Of a stretch of DNA of 64,000 nucleotides, positions 30,053 to 41,965 are shown in pieces. This DNA comes from a virus (lineage: Duplodnaviria; Caudoviricetes). Each line of letters begins with the position of its first letter. Within the stretch, counting starts at the first letter, position 1. The stretch is taken from the IMG/VR virus record IMGVR_UViG_3300032167_000048, one strand, 5' to 3'. Below the pieces are notes generated by a model. It was given only the letters and a program-made list of their open reading frames with translations, was not told the origin of the DNA and ran no database searches. The translations under genes and the position numbers were made by a program.

Positions 30053-31216
30053 TTATAATTTTGAAAGCCAATCCATGCTATCGTCTGATTCTGTATCCTC
30101 ATTAAATGGAACTTCTTCATCTTTTGCTTCATTAAAGTCATACAGATAATCAAGAATTAAATCTTCTTCTGTATATTTTTCTTCAAACTTCTGTACAACT
30201 GGTACTTTATCTTCTCCTACAAGTTTAATAGTAGGTTTTTTAAGAATCATTCTACGTTCTTTGCTTCCATTTGCAGTACATCTAGCAAGAGCTTCATCTT
30301 TATCATATAATCCCATTTCTACCAAGCCTTTGATATCATCTGGAATGTCGTCCCATGTAGCAGTCACAACAGCTCCACCCTCAACAAATTCACCGTCAAA
30401 TGTAATCTGTGTAACATCTTTTTTAACTTTGAATAATTTATCTAAAATTGTTTTACAAAGCTTTTCATTTTCAAGGTTGAGTTCGAATTCAAACTGTTTA
30501 GGGAATGGATACTGACCTTTTACTTCAATACCGTTAACCTCTTTAACATAATCAAGAACTCTTGTGTCTACATACATAACACCTTTATCTTTATCGATAT
30601 TCTTAAGGCTTGCAGAGTCTTTATCAATTAAAACAGTCTGAGTAAACTTAGCTGTATATTTAGATGGGTCATCAACTTTACTAAGTACAATGCTTGTAAT
30701 TGTTTTTCTAACCTGAGTAACATCGTTATATGTAGAGTATTTTAAATTACCACGGACATTTACAACCATGTCTTCTGTTAAGTGTTCTTTGATGTATGCG
30801 ATGGCATCATATTCGCTAAGAAACTTATTATAGAAAGTTTTGCCCTTATCTGTAGTTTCAAGACCAACTGTGATAAATGAAAGGTCTCCAATTTCTTCAA
30901 GAACATTTTCATTAAGTCTGTCTTCCCAATCTACAACAATCTGCTTTTCGAAATCGTCAGAACCGTCATCTTTCTTGCCATGTTTGTAAAGTTTATTTTC
31001 TCTATCTTCTCCATAGCCACCCATCATTTCTGCGTAAATTACACCATGACGTTCTCCACAATCAATACCAAGGTTCATGCTGTTATATACCCACTGGCTT
31101 TTTTCACTGTGCTCATCGATTTTAAATGTGTACTCTTCATTAATTTTTGGCGTTCCAATAAGTGTAAAATTTGATACCCAATCTGTTCTTTTAATTACTT
31201 TCTTATCCATGTTCAT
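30053..31216 (-). CDS. Putative single-stranded DNA-binding protein
   Basis: Beta-rich, acidic C-terminal tail (EEVPFNEDTESDDSMDW); upstream of the Sak4-like ATPase. Confidence 0.55.
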   Translation of the reverse strand: MNMDKKVIKRTDWVSNFTLIGTPKINEEYTFKIDEHSEKSQWVYNSMNLGIDCGERHGVIYAEMMGGYGEDRENKLYKHGKKDDGSDDFEKQIVVDWEDRLNENVLEEIGDLSFITVGLETTDKGKTFYNKFLSEYDAIAYIKEHLTEDMVVNVRGNLKYSTYNDVTQVRKTITSIVLSKVDDPSKYTAKFTQTVLIDKDSASLKNIDKDKGVMYVDTRVLDYVKEVNGIEVKGQYPFPKQFEFELNLENEKLCKTILDKLFKVKKDVTQITFDGEFVEGGAVVTATWDDIPDDIKGLVEMGLYDKDEALARCTANGSKERRMILKKPTIKLVGEDKVPVVQKFEEKYTEEDLILDYLYDFNEAKDEEVPFNEDTESDDSMDWLSKL

Positions 31217-31229
31217 TCCTCCGTTTTAA

Positions 31230-31517
31230 TTAACATACTTTTTCTCTTACTGCGCTTGATTTGTTAGTTTTCATGTTTTCAACCATTGATTTCCATGCTT
31301 TTAAATAATTTGTGTAATTTTTACCATTGTCAAAATGTCTCTTCTTTTTCTTTTCGACTTTTTCTTTTTTAGCAACAACTACATTTCCATCATCATCAAG
31401 TACATCTTCTCCATAATGGAATTTCTCCCATTCGTGTTTAAAAGATTTCTTGTTGTGATTCTTTTTGTAACACTGATTTCTAATTACTTCTCTTTCAAGT
31501 TTTCTTAGTGTACTCAT
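31230..31517 (-). CDS. Basic hypothetical protein
   Basis: MSTLRKLERE start after AAAGGA. Confidence 0.65.
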   Translation of the reverse strand: MSTLRKLEREVIRNQCYKKNHNKKSFKHEWEKFHYGEDVLDDDGNVVVAKKEKVEKKKKRHFDNGKNYTNYLKAWKSMVENMKTNKSSAVREKVC

Positions 31518-31640
31518 TTTCTTGTTTCCTTTCTTTTCATTTATTATAACCTTATCTCTTAAGATTACAAAATCATTATACAACTTTTTCCAGTTTTATG
31601 CAAGTACTTTTTTTGAAAAAATTATTTTTTTATAACTTTT

Positions 31641-32066
31641 TTAATTAAGATAAAAATCTACTACATATTCAACAGCTTCACGAATGTCCGAGCACATTCT
31701 ACAAACAAATTCATTAAGCCAAGGATGCAGCTCTTTTTCATTATTAATACCAATTACTGGAATTCTATTTTCATAAGCAATAGCTAGCTCTGCACAAGTA
31801 CCAATACTTTTTGGGTCATTAAAATTCACAATCACCAAATCAGAATTTCTCAATTTATTTAATTCAAATTCCATTACTTCACGTTCTGTTTTATGATGCT
31901 TTTCTTCATAATTATAATATTCTACTGGATTGAAAAACATAGGTTTTTTATCATAATCATAGTCACCATATTTAATTGCATTAATAACTTTGCTTCTCCA
32001 TTTTAACTGCTCTTTAAAGCTTACAGATGACATTCCACCACTAAGATATATGCTAACTGTTTCCAC
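31641..32066 (-). CDS. Nucleoside 2-deoxyribosyltransferase-family protein
   Basis: IYLSGGM...W...FNP...SDLVIV...SIGTCAELAIA. Confidence 0.85.
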   Translation of the reverse strand: METVSIYLSGGMSSVSFKEQLKWRSKVINAIKYGDYDYDKKPMFFNPVEYYNYEEKHHKTEREVMEFELNKLRNSDLVIVNFNDPKSIGTCAELAIAYENRIPVIGINNEKELHPWLNEFVCRMCSDIREAVEYVVDFYLN

Positions 32067-32079
32067 TTAATCACCATCC

Positions 32080-32874
32080 TTAATTATAATATTCATATAA
32101 TTTAACTACGTTTTCCATTAAGCAAGCCACTGTTAACAATCCAACTCCTCCAACATTTTTAGTAATATAAGAAGCTTTGCGTTTAACATTATCAAAATCG
32201 ATATCGCCAACAAGTTTTCCATCATCATTTTTTGTCAACCCTACATTAATTACTACAGCACCGTCTTTCACATGGTCAACCGTAATTAAATTTTCTTTTC
32301 CAACACAAGAAACAATAACGTCACACTTATTTGTTATGTCTGCTAAGTTTTGTGTTTTACTGTGACAAATAGTAACAGTTGCATTTTTATCAAGCATCAT
32401 ATCAACTAACGGCTTTGCACAAGTTTTTCCTCTGCCTACAATACATACATGTTTCCCAGTTAAATCATATTTGATTTCTTCAAAGATTCTCATTACACCA
32501 TTTGCGGTTGCTGGTTTAACGAATGAGTCTACTGCAAAACCATCGCAATCTAACCACTTATTATTCATAATATCATTAGCAATATATTCTTTAACACTGC
32601 TTAATTTATCACAAATAGGTAATTGAACGATTGTAGGTATATTTGATTCAGCAATATCAAGTAATCTATCTACTTCCGTATTTTCATCTAATACAATTTC
32701 ATTAAATTTAATACCACAATATTCAGATGCAATTTTTTTATTTCTAACATATGCCCTACTTGGTTCATCATAAGGATTAGTTAATACATTAATCTCATAA
32801 CCTTTTCCATCGGCAACAGCTTTTACATCATCTTTAATCTTTTGTGCAATTTCTCTACAATCTATAACATTCAT
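32080..32874 (-). CDS. folD: Methylene-THF dehydrogenase/cyclohydrolase
   Basis: YVRNK; VQLP; GKHVCIVGRG; NATVTICHSKT; GDIDF; GGVGLLTVACLMEN. Confidence 0.92.
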   Translation of the reverse strand: MNVIDCREIAQKIKDDVKAVADGKGYEINVLTNPYDEPSRAYVRNKKIASEYCGIKFNEIVLDENTEVDRLLDIAESNIPTIVQLPICDKLSSVKEYIANDIMNNKWLDCDGFAVDSFVKPATANGVMRIFEEIKYDLTGKHVCIVGRGKTCAKPLVDMMLDKNATVTICHSKTQNLADITNKCDVIVSCVGKENLITVDHVKDGAVVINVGLTKNDDGKLVGDIDFDNVKRKASYITKNVGGVGLLTVACLMENVVKLYEYYN

Positions 32875-32885
32875 TTTATCACCAC

Positions 32886-33251
32886 CTAACGCTCATCAAA
32901 TACATTCCCAACTACTTTAATATATTCTTTTACTTCAGAACCAAGCGTATAAAATTCATCGCTATCAACACATAAAATTACATAACTAGATAATTCATGT
33001 GCATATGCAACAAGACCAATTACTGTTTTGTCTTCAGAAACTTTAGCCTCAATATAATCTCCCTCATAAACCAAGGTATTGCTTTTATCGTATAAATCAA
33101 TGCTGTTATGGTATACATATTCACCCTCTAATAATTCTAATTTTGCACCACTAAAAATAGAAGTTTTTAAAATATATAAATCACAATTTGAAGACATATA
33201 AACATTGTCTGTAATCCACTTTTTATTTTTTACATCATATACTCTATACAT
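32886..33251 (-). CDS. YopX-family protein
   Basis: YRVYD...LYDKSNTLVYEGD...VVGNVFD. Confidence 0.8.
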   Translation of the reverse strand: MYRVYDVKNKKWITDNVYMSSNCDLYILKTSIFSGAKLELLEGEYVYHNSIDLYDKSNTLVYEGDYIEAKVSEDKTVIGLVAYAHELSSYVILCVDSDEFYTLGSEVKEYIKVVGNVFDER

Positions 33252-34403
33252 TTAATCACCACACATTTCAATTAATTTAATCGCCTTATCTATTTCATTT
33301 ATAACATTATCTATATCATCATATGTAATATCATCTGGAAGACTAATTCTTACTGTTCTTATTGCTTCGCTATCTGTTAGTCCAATTTCTTTTAATACAT
33401 GACTTGGATTTATTGATTTGGAATTACATGCACTTCCAACAGAACAGTATATTTCAGATGTTTCCAATGTATATACAAGAGCTTCTCCAGTTATCTTCTG
33501 TGGGAATGTAACATTAATATTATTAGGAAGTCTATAATATGGATGACCATTCAATTTACATCCAAATCTTTTTTCAAGCATGTTGATAAAATAAAATCTT
33601 TTATCTATTAATGTTTCAATAGCTTCCATATTAACGTTGCAATAATCTATAGCCTTGCTAAGTCCAATAATACCATATGTATTCTCTGTGCCACCACGAA
33701 GTCCACTTTCTTGAGCTCCATAAATAAGCGGATTAATGCTAATACCATTTTTCTTATATAAGAAGCCAACACCTCTTAATACTGGAGAAATTTTATGACC
33801 ACTGCAACTCATCATATCAATACCCATTTTTTCTACATCAATAGAAATATGTCCAAATGCTTGAGTTGCATCAACGTGTAGTACTCCACCATGTTTATGT
33901 ACAATATCTGAAATTATTGGTATATGCTGAACAGTCCCAATCTCATTATTAGCCATACACACGCTAACCAACACTGGCTCATTATAACATTCTGCTAATA
34001 ACTTTTCTAATTTATTTAAATCTACCAATCCATATTCATCCACATCGCAATATCTTACAACAGCACCAAGGCTTTCGTTTCTAACTGCACTTATAATAGA
34101 CTTGTGTTCAATTCTTGTAGTAATTACATATGGATTATCATATAAATTATCCCACATTTTATCTGAAAATCCTCTAATTGCCCAATTATTACTTTCAGAA
34201 GCTCCACTTGTAAAATAAATTTCATTTGGTTTTGCTCTAATAAAATTAGCAATGTTATCTCTGCATTTATCAATTTCTTTTTTAACATCAAAAGCATATA
34301 GACTGGATGGGTTCATCCAATGTTCTTTCATGGCATATACCATCTCATTGATAATTATATCGTCAACTTCATTTTTAGCTGTTGCTGCTACATCTAAATA
34401 CAT
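33252..34403 (-). CDS. iscS: Cysteine desulfurase (IscS/NifS group I)
   Basis: YLDVAAT; NPSS; FTSGASESNN; EH; NNEIG; HVDATQ; SGHK; RGGTEN; GSAC. Confidence 0.93.
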   Translation of the reverse strand: MYLDVAATAKNEVDDIIINEMVYAMKEHWMNPSSLYAFDVKKEIDKCRDNIANFIRAKPNEIYFTSGASESNNWAIRGFSDKMWDNLYDNPYVITTRIEHKSIISAVRNESLGAVVRYCDVDEYGLVDLNKLEKLLAECYNEPVLVSVCMANNEIGTVQHIPIISDIVHKHGGVLHVDATQAFGHISIDVEKMGIDMMSCSGHKISPVLRGVGFLYKKNGISINPLIYGAQESGLRGGTENTYGIIGLSKAIDYCNVNMEAIETLIDKRFYFINMLEKRFGCKLNGHPYYRLPNNINVTFPQKITGEALVYTLETSEIYCSVGSACNSKSINPSHVLKEIGLTDSEAIRTVRISLPDDITYDDIDNVINEIDKAIKLIEMCGD

Positions 34404-34865
34404 TTATTCACCCCTTTGTGCATATTTCATACCAGAGCATTCCCATTTAACAATATCCATTGCTTCTATTGTTATTACATCTGGAACAATCTCTTCAAAT
34501 TCATTAGGTGTTATACCGTGAATATTATATAATTCATTTAAAACTGTGTCTTGAACCATACTCATTGCATAGTCTGTATACATTTCTGATGAATCTTTTT
34601 CTCTTGCTTTGTTTAATGTGACAAGAATTGTATACACTCTATCTTCAAGGCTTCCGCCTTTATATTGTGCAATCTTCATAAGATATGATTCATCAAGAAA
34701 GCTAATATTAATTTTTGTTTTTTCTTCTGTTTCAATTATCAATGTAGTTGTTTTAGTTTCATTTTCTATAACTTCTACAACTTCTAATTCTTCTTGTTTA
34801 TCACTGCATCCAGTCATCATCATACAAATACAAAATAGTACAGATATAAATATTTTCCTTTTCAT
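34404..34865 (-). CDS. Putative lipoprotein
   Basis: MKRKIFISVLFCICMMMTGC lipobox. Confidence 0.65.
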   Translation of the reverse strand: MKRKIFISVLFCICMMMTGCSDKQEELEVVEVIENETKTTTLIIETEEKTKINISFLDESYLMKIAQYKGGSLEDRVYTILVTLNKAREKDSSEMYTDYAMSMVQDTVLNELYNIHGITPNEFEEIVPDVITIEAMDIVKWECSGMKYAQRGE

Positions 34866-35665
34866 ATTATTAACCATTTGCCTTTCTATAATCTTTCATT
34901 TCTTTGACAGCCTTTTTAAATAATTTTCTGTAATTATAACATTCATCTACTATCTCAATATTTTTATATGTGTGATATGGTCTAATAGTTAATTTTAATT
35001 TTAAATACGTACTAAGCATATAAGTAAAATCATATTTTTTACACATCCTTACAAATCTTAAAAATGACATTTCATTCTCCTTTCTATATAACGTTAATAT
35101 TTATATATAATAAATTCTCACGCCCACCCAACCCATCTAACATTTTTATATGTAATTTATCAGCCAAAAACTGTAATTTTGTAATAGATATTTTTAACAT
35201 TTAATATAAGTTCAGAATAATATTCATCTGCAATTTTAACAAAACATTCAGTTATGTCCGATAATAATATATTCATAATATAAGTATTAAATATATTATT
35301 CATTCTAAACGCAAGCCTACGTCCGTCATTTAGAACAATTATGTTTTTTTCAATTACTCTAAGTAGTAATACAAAAGGAATCGAGGATTCAATAGGATTA
35401 TCTGCATACATATCTATATGTATTTCTTTTAATTTGTTATTATTTTTTAATATCTTATTTAGTTGTAGATTATCATTGTCTTTAATAAAACCAAAATTAA
35501 TATTGTTTCCCATATGCATATTCCTTTCTAATTATATTACAAATATCATTGTGTACCACGAAGTGCATTGTTAACACCTCGTGGTTTATTTACTGATATT
35601 ATATTAGCATAATTATTAGAAAATTGCAATACCTTTTTTAGATTTTTTTGTAAAATTTTTACATT

Positions 35666-36619
35666 TTAAAAGCTGTCTAAATGTCCTTTTACTAACTCTC
35701 TAAAGTTACTAACTTCTATATTACTGTTACATCTCATTAATTCTTTTGATATAATTAAATGCGCCATTTTATTTCTATTATTTTGAGAAAATGCTTCATT
35801 CAAAGAGATGTTGTTTTTATTTAACTCAATTTTAATTCTGTTCATTATACCACTAGCATATAATTGTAATGGCAATAAAGAGTATTCTAAATATTCTTTT
35901 GATATTTTACGAAGCTTTGAATAGAATGTAAATTTATAGCTTTCATCTGATGCTGTAGACCTATTTTCTACTTTGAACACACTATCTGGATAAACTCCAC
36001 GCATTTCTACATTGCATACAGAAAAACGATTTGGACGTTGCCATGTATTTATATCTGCAAGCTTCTTTAAATCTCCTGCCAATCTCTCTGGTATTTTAAT
36101 TTTATAACTATGACCATTATCTTCTCTTAATGTTATAGTCCCATTATCTTCTATATCTGATTTTCTCATATTTTTGATTACGCTTAAATCATCATTATAA
36201 ACACCATAATATAAACAACTGAATAATGATGTATAATATAAAGAATTATACTCTTCATACATTTCTATATCATGTATTGTTCTTTTATATTGCTCATATG
36301 ATATAAATTTCTTTTTTGCACTTGGCTTACATTTCTTCCATAAAAGATTTTTGTCAATACTTTGAACAATTTGATATGCATTATCATTATTAACTACACC
36401 TTTTTCTTGTAAATATTTAAAGTAAGATGATAAAATATAAACTATAGTAATGATTTCTTTACTACTATTTGGGTGCATATTTAATATCAAATTTTCCATT
36501 TGTAATGAATTATAATTCTCTATGTTGTTTTCATTGATTCTTTTGAATACATATTTAATTACTTTTTGAGTATTGTTTGATTCCATAGAATCAATAAACT
36601 CCTGCATATGCTTATTCAT
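35666..36619 (-). CDS. Tyrosine-recombinase-fold protein lacking catalytic residues, MrpR(YopR)-like repressor candidate
   Basis: 317 aa; LFSCLYYGV..DDL..IKNMRKSDI and LYASGI segments recall SPbeta MrpR-family proteins; no HxxR tetrad. Confidence 0.55.
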   Translation of the reverse strand: MNKHMQEFIDSMESNNTQKVIKYVFKRINENNIENYNSLQMENLILNMHPNSSKEIITIVYILSSYFKYLQEKGVVNNDNAYQIVQSIDKNLLWKKCKPSAKKKFISYEQYKRTIHDIEMYEEYNSLYYTSLFSCLYYGVYNDDLSVIKNMRKSDIEDNGTITLREDNGHSYKIKIPERLAGDLKKLADINTWQRPNRFSVCNVEMRGVYPDSVFKVENRSTASDESYKFTFYSKLRKISKEYLEYSLLPLQLYASGIMNRIKIELNKNNISLNEAFSQNNRNKMAHLIISKELMRCNSNIEVSNFRELVKGHLDSF

Positions 36620-36715
36620 TATGCCATCTCCTTATAAGATATATATTTATTTTATTTAATAATATCATTTTTATAAGGAGTTATCAAATTTTAACACTTA
36701 AGGATATAAATGATT

Positions 36716-37117
36716 TTAATTTTTAATATATTCTTTTAACTTCGCAATTCGTTGTCTAATATCATTTCTATTCATTTCAATTTCTTCTTGGTCATCCCAT
36801 ATAAAGAACATAGACCAAGCATTTAAATCCTTTTCAATATCATTAATTAACTCTTTTGCCAATTTTTCAACTTTCATTTCTGAAAAATCATGTAAAACTG
36901 ATTTTCCTTTTTCTTCTATAATATATAATGAATATGGGTTAATCACCAATGTAAATTCAGTTCCTTCTTCGTCAAACCATGCCATGCCCATTCCGTTTGC
37001 GAAATAATCAATAAATGCATCTAATAAATCTACTGGAACATTTGTTAAATAGCTTGGACTTCCATAGAACGTTCTTAGTTTAAAATCACACCAACCAAAC
37101 TTTGGATTACTAATCAT
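36716..37117 (-). CDS. Hypothetical protein
   Basis: 133-aa ORF; SYLTNVPVDLL..FDEEG. Confidence 0.7.
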   Translation of the reverse strand: MISNPKFGWCDFKLRTFYGSPSYLTNVPVDLLDAFIDYFANGMGMAWFDEEGTEFTLVINPYSLYIIEEKGKSVLHDFSEMKVEKLAKELINDIEKDLNAWSMFFIWDDQEEIEMNRNDIRQRIAKLKEYIKN

Positions 37118-39968
37118 TTCTATTCACCTACCTACGCAAGTCTTCGTACATATATTTATACTCAACAAGTTTCATATAATCATCCAACGACATATAAATA
37201 CAATCACTATATTCGTCTCTTAATTCATATATAACACTCAACGCTTCGTCTAAATTTACAATTTCTCCATAGTCATCATATTCACTTATATTTTCTAATC
37301 TTGCAATAATTCTATCAAAAATTCCTCTCATACTGCTTCCTTTCAAATTGTTCACACACTTCATCAAATCCGTTAGCACTACAATTATAATAATTTTTCT
37401 CGCAACTCAAACCCCAGTCTCCACCACCATGCCAATATTTACAATTAAAACATATATTTGCATTCTCAATATGTTCATAACTTTCTGCGTTGCAAGATTT
37501 CGTGTTGCATAAATGAGTAATTTCACACATACGATTTGTATACTTTTTACCATTAAAAGTGAAACTATCTACTTTATAATATTTACAATCTTTACATTCC
37601 ATCTAAAGTATCCTTTATTTCTTTTTCTGTTTCTCTTCTATATTTCTTTTTAAACAATCTTCTGTTTTTCTTTTTCATTTTAGACCATCCATTATGATTA
37701 TTCGCCCAACAAGCACAATTCTTACTGAACCAAGATTGGCAATTCTCAGAAAATTGTCTACGAGTTATTTCTGATTTTTTCATAATTCACTCCCAATAAA
37801 ATTAAGTTTTTATTAGTCAACAAATGAATACTGACATTCAGTTCCAAGCACATATCTACCGTTCTCTAATGCAATAATCGTCTGAAATGGCTCTTCTCTG
37901 TCGTCTCTAACAATAATTCCCCTATGTTTCTTGCTTGTATCATAGTGATAACAAACTTCTACAACTTTTCCAAGATGGGGATATTTATAGCTACTATCCG
38001 CTTGTTTAGGAAAATTATAATAACTAATTGTACTTACGCATCCCATATATTCTTACCTCTTACATATATCTTTCAACAATTTTTTCTGGTATAAATTCTG
38101 TTTCTACAATAATACGAGGAGCTCTATCTTTTTCTGTAGGATAACAAGTGATAGTTAAATCTGTATGATATTTAAAATCATTTGCAATCTTTTCTGCATT
38201 ATCAATTAACGACTGACCACAATCTTTAATATTCTGAATAATTTCTTCTCTACAATTCATATATATTTCCCCTTATTTTAGTATATCTCCTATGGTTTTA
38301 TGACTATCATTAGAATAATACGCTTTAAACAAATTTTCATTCGTATGCCAATGACAGTATTTTTCTTTTTTTATAAGTTTATTAATAATAGGAATTTCTA
38401 ACAAACAATTATGCCATGCTAGACTTAATCTATTTGTAAGACAACACACAAGCTTATCATTAAAATGTCTATTTATACAATGTTTACATTCTTCAAAATA
38501 ACAATCTAATTTCATATTACTCATCACTATAATCTTCTACTTTTACTCCAAAACACCATTTCCACATTAGTTTCTGAAACCAATTAAAATGTTGGTCTAA
38601 CATTAAATTTAATTGTGAAACCTTTCCACCAGCAATAAACTTGCTACCATTTTTAATCTTATATTTACCTACAGCAAGATTACAATTTTCATTTTCATAT
38701 TCTTCTAAATACATGTTGTTACCCCATAAAATATAATTTTTATTATACACGTCTCCAAGAAATTTCTGCATTACCATAATAATTATAGAGCCATCTATAT
38801 TTACCATCTTTTGTCTGCATTAATTGGTCTAAATAATATCTTTCTTCGCCATCTACAACAATTTTAACTTCAACTAACTCATTAAGTTTAGGAAGTCTAT
38901 CTTTAAAAAGATACCATTTTTTAGAAACTTCATTTTCTTCATAAGCATCAAACCAAATTTCATCTTTGAAATGATAGCCTTCAAATTTACTAACTCTATA
39001 TTTTCTTTTCTCTTTATCGTAATCTACGACCCAATCATCTGTTTCTAAAATTCTAACAAATTTATCTTCCCAGCTTGCCATAATCCACCCCTTAAAAGTA
39101 TATTTTTATTTGCTTCTATAACTACACTCTCCACCGAATACACAGCCATCATTATGACAAAATACACAATGAGTCCATGAAAACTTTGGAATTGGAAGAC
39201 CGTCTTTTAAATACTCTTCAACTATACCTCTTTTATCTGGATGGTTACATTGACCTTTTACAACAACCTTTGTATTTATTCCATAAGCAACACTCATATC
39301 TGCAACCTCTTAAAACTCTATTTTTATTACCACATAATACCCCTAGTATTATTATGAAATCTCTCCCAATCTTCATCCGTAGCATAATGTATATTTAAAC
39401 CATTTTTATTCTTATAACCGCATTCGCATTCAAACACACCTAATGAACCAGCAATATTACCTTCAATATAAAACGACATTTCTTTTCCACATTTAGGACA
39501 CTTCTTTTTATTTTCCATATAATCACCTCTTAAAATTTTATTTTTATCTACTCAATAGAAACTCTAAATCCCATGTGTGTCCTAGTTTTTTCATTCTGTC
39601 GCACGAAAGTTTAAAATCGTGATAACTTCTATCAAGTTCTCTTAATTCTCTATAAGAAGACACATAAGATTCTGTGAACATTTCTATTTTCTTTTTATAT
39701 TTTTTTCGCTGTCTTTTATTCATTGTTAACCACCACTTAAAATTCGTATTTTATTCTCTAGTTAAAAGTCAAATGCTTCTTCCGAACAAACAGCTCTATC
39801 TTCTGCTTTAACGCTTACAACCATTTTATAATCATTATAATATTCATCAAATAATGCTTTTACCAATATTGTTGCTGTCTTTAAATCCATTCTCTCTGCA
39901 ACAACCATATTATCAATTAAAACTTTGTATCTTCTTTCTTCCATTTTCTACCCCATAAAATATGTTTT

Positions 39969-40232
39969 TTATTCTGCTGATTTTCCTCCAAATAATACAT
40001 GCTTATGGTCTTCAAAAAAGTCTAAGAATTTATATTCATCGCTTTTATATTCACAAAAGATTTCAAGCTCATCACCACGTTCTCCAAGCAATGCGCCAAG
40101 AGCAATATATCTGCTCATATAACTCTTTAAACAAAACTTGTCCCCATACTGACTAGTTAAATATACTTCTCCTTCACAGCTTTCTACAACATTTAAAAAA
40201 TCATTTACATCATTAATATTTCTAAGTTTCAT
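39969..40232 (-). CDS. HPr-fold-like small protein
   Basis: F..VV..CEGEVYL.S..GD...LKS pattern of Clostridia HPr-like small proteins. Confidence 0.5.
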   Translation of the reverse strand: MKLRNINDVNDFLNVVESCEGEVYLTSQYGDKFCLKSYMSRYIALGALLGERGDELEIFCEYKSDEYKFLDFFEDHKHVLFGGKSAE

Positions 40233-41003
40233 ATAATTTACCTCCTAAAATTTAATACATTAAAATAATCATTTTATTCTATATATTGTTTCATTATTAT
40301 ATTTATATGGACAAGAAAGAATATAAACACTATAAACATCATCACTACATTCCATTTTAAAACCAGCTTCTTTTAACTTATTTTTTTCTTCATAATATGA
40401 AGTTGCATTATTAAAATAAATTGTCATTCCTTCTGTAATAGGAACGGTTCTTATAATGTTATCTTTTTCCAATCTTTTCATATAATTTTCAGCTTGCCAT
40501 CCATCCATTATCATATTGCTATCCTCTTTAAAATGTTCATTTTATTCTTCTACTATCTTTTCTTTTCCACAAATATTACATCTATAACGTTTTATCCCAG
40601 TATTTAAATTAGTAGAAACCCAATCATAATCATGTGGACAAAGTTCTGGATGTTGTCTGCACATTTCAAAAACAATCATCGCTGCTCTTTCTAACATTCT
40701 CAAATCCATATATTACACCTCTTAAAACAGTCCTTTTATTACTACATATTCCTAATACTATCCATCCATATTTCACGATAAATCTCATACTTCTGAATGA
40801 TATCTTTCTGATAATCCAATGACTCTTTATAACCATCTAATAACTTTTGCGAACCACATAATTGATTTATTAAATCATCTCTGCGTTTATATTCTCTTCT
40901 AATTGCATCATCCAAATATTTTTTACTCTCTAACGCTTCTTCATATTCTTCTCTTGTTGGCATCGCCATGTTAATCACCTCTTAAAATTACCGTTTTATA
41001 AAT

Positions 41004-41273
41004 TTAGTCTCCTGTAATTTCTCTTTTACAATCATACCATCCTCTATGATATGACAAGTAATCTACTGATTCTGGAACATAAGCATCTATTCCCATTGGA
41101 ACTTCTTTTAATGGACACCAATATGGTCTATCATGCATTAAATCATGTAATCCTAATTCATTATTTTCATATAAACAATTGCATACATCTTTATCCAAAA
41201 GATTTTTTGTTCTACATGGACACTCTATGCAACAGCTAGGCATTTCATTTAATACCAATATCGCTTTATTCAT
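41004..41273 (-). CDS. Cys-rich small phage protein, paralogue 1
   Basis: AILVL.EMP..C..CP...RP.WCPL.E.P. Confidence 0.75.
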   Translation of the reverse strand: MNKAILVLNEMPSCCIECPCRTKNLLDKDVCNCLYENNELGLHDLMHDRPYWCPLKEVPMGIDAYVPESVDYLSYHRGWYDCKREITGD

Positions 41274-41276
41274 AAT

Positions 41277-41534
41277 CTATTCTCCCAAAATCTCATTAAT
41301 ACAAGCATCCCAACCATCATCATATCCAGTAACATATCTATCATACTCTGGATAGTCTCTTACTGAATACTTTGGTAATTCTACTAATGGACACCAATCT
41401 GGTTTTCTATACATAGAATCAATGCGTTTGTTTTCTTTGTTACAAATTGGTTCTCCACGATTATTAAAATCAAACAATGGACAATTTCTACACATGTCTG
41501 GCATATATTTTAATACTAAAATTGCACTTGTCAT
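41277..41534 (-). CDS. Cys-rich small phage protein, paralogue 2
   Basis: AILVL..MP..C..CP...KP.WCPL.E.P. Confidence 0.75.
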   Translation of the reverse strand: MTSAILVLKYMPDMCRNCPLFDFNNRGEPICNKENKRIDSMYRKPDWCPLVELPKYSVRDYPEYDRYVTGYDDGWDACINEILGE

Positions 41535-41936
41535 ATCATCACCTACTCAATCACTTCTACTTCTTCAATACTATAAGAACTATCGCCATAAATATCATAA
41601 TAATAGTTAGCACATTTTTCATCATCACTTGACTCATAGTATTCACAACGTCTTTTTGCCTCCTCGATTGCACGTTTCTGACATTTATCATGTTCAGACA
41701 AACAATCAAGCTGACAATCTTGTGGACAATAATATAACGGACACTCATTGCATTTTATTTTTTCTGCTTGCTCTTTTTCAAGTCTCTCTTTTTCTGCAAT
41801 TGCCTTTTCTTCTGAAAGATAACTAGATACTATATAGTCATAATAATCTTCCCATTCGCCACCACGTTCATGTATCTGATATATTTTCATATAACCTTAT
41901 CTCCTATAACTTTACTATTTCTTTGTTTCTATACAT

Positions 41937-41965
41937 ATTATAACAAATAAGGTTATATTTGTCAA
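41937..41965 (-). promoter_or_regulatory. sigma-A promoter inside array B
   Basis: TTGACA-17-TATAAT just downstream (minus sense) of the 41992 site. Confidence 0.85.

Noticed and set aside
33252-34403. DndA / phosphorothioate system
   Set aside because: No dndBCDE or ssp genes in the window.
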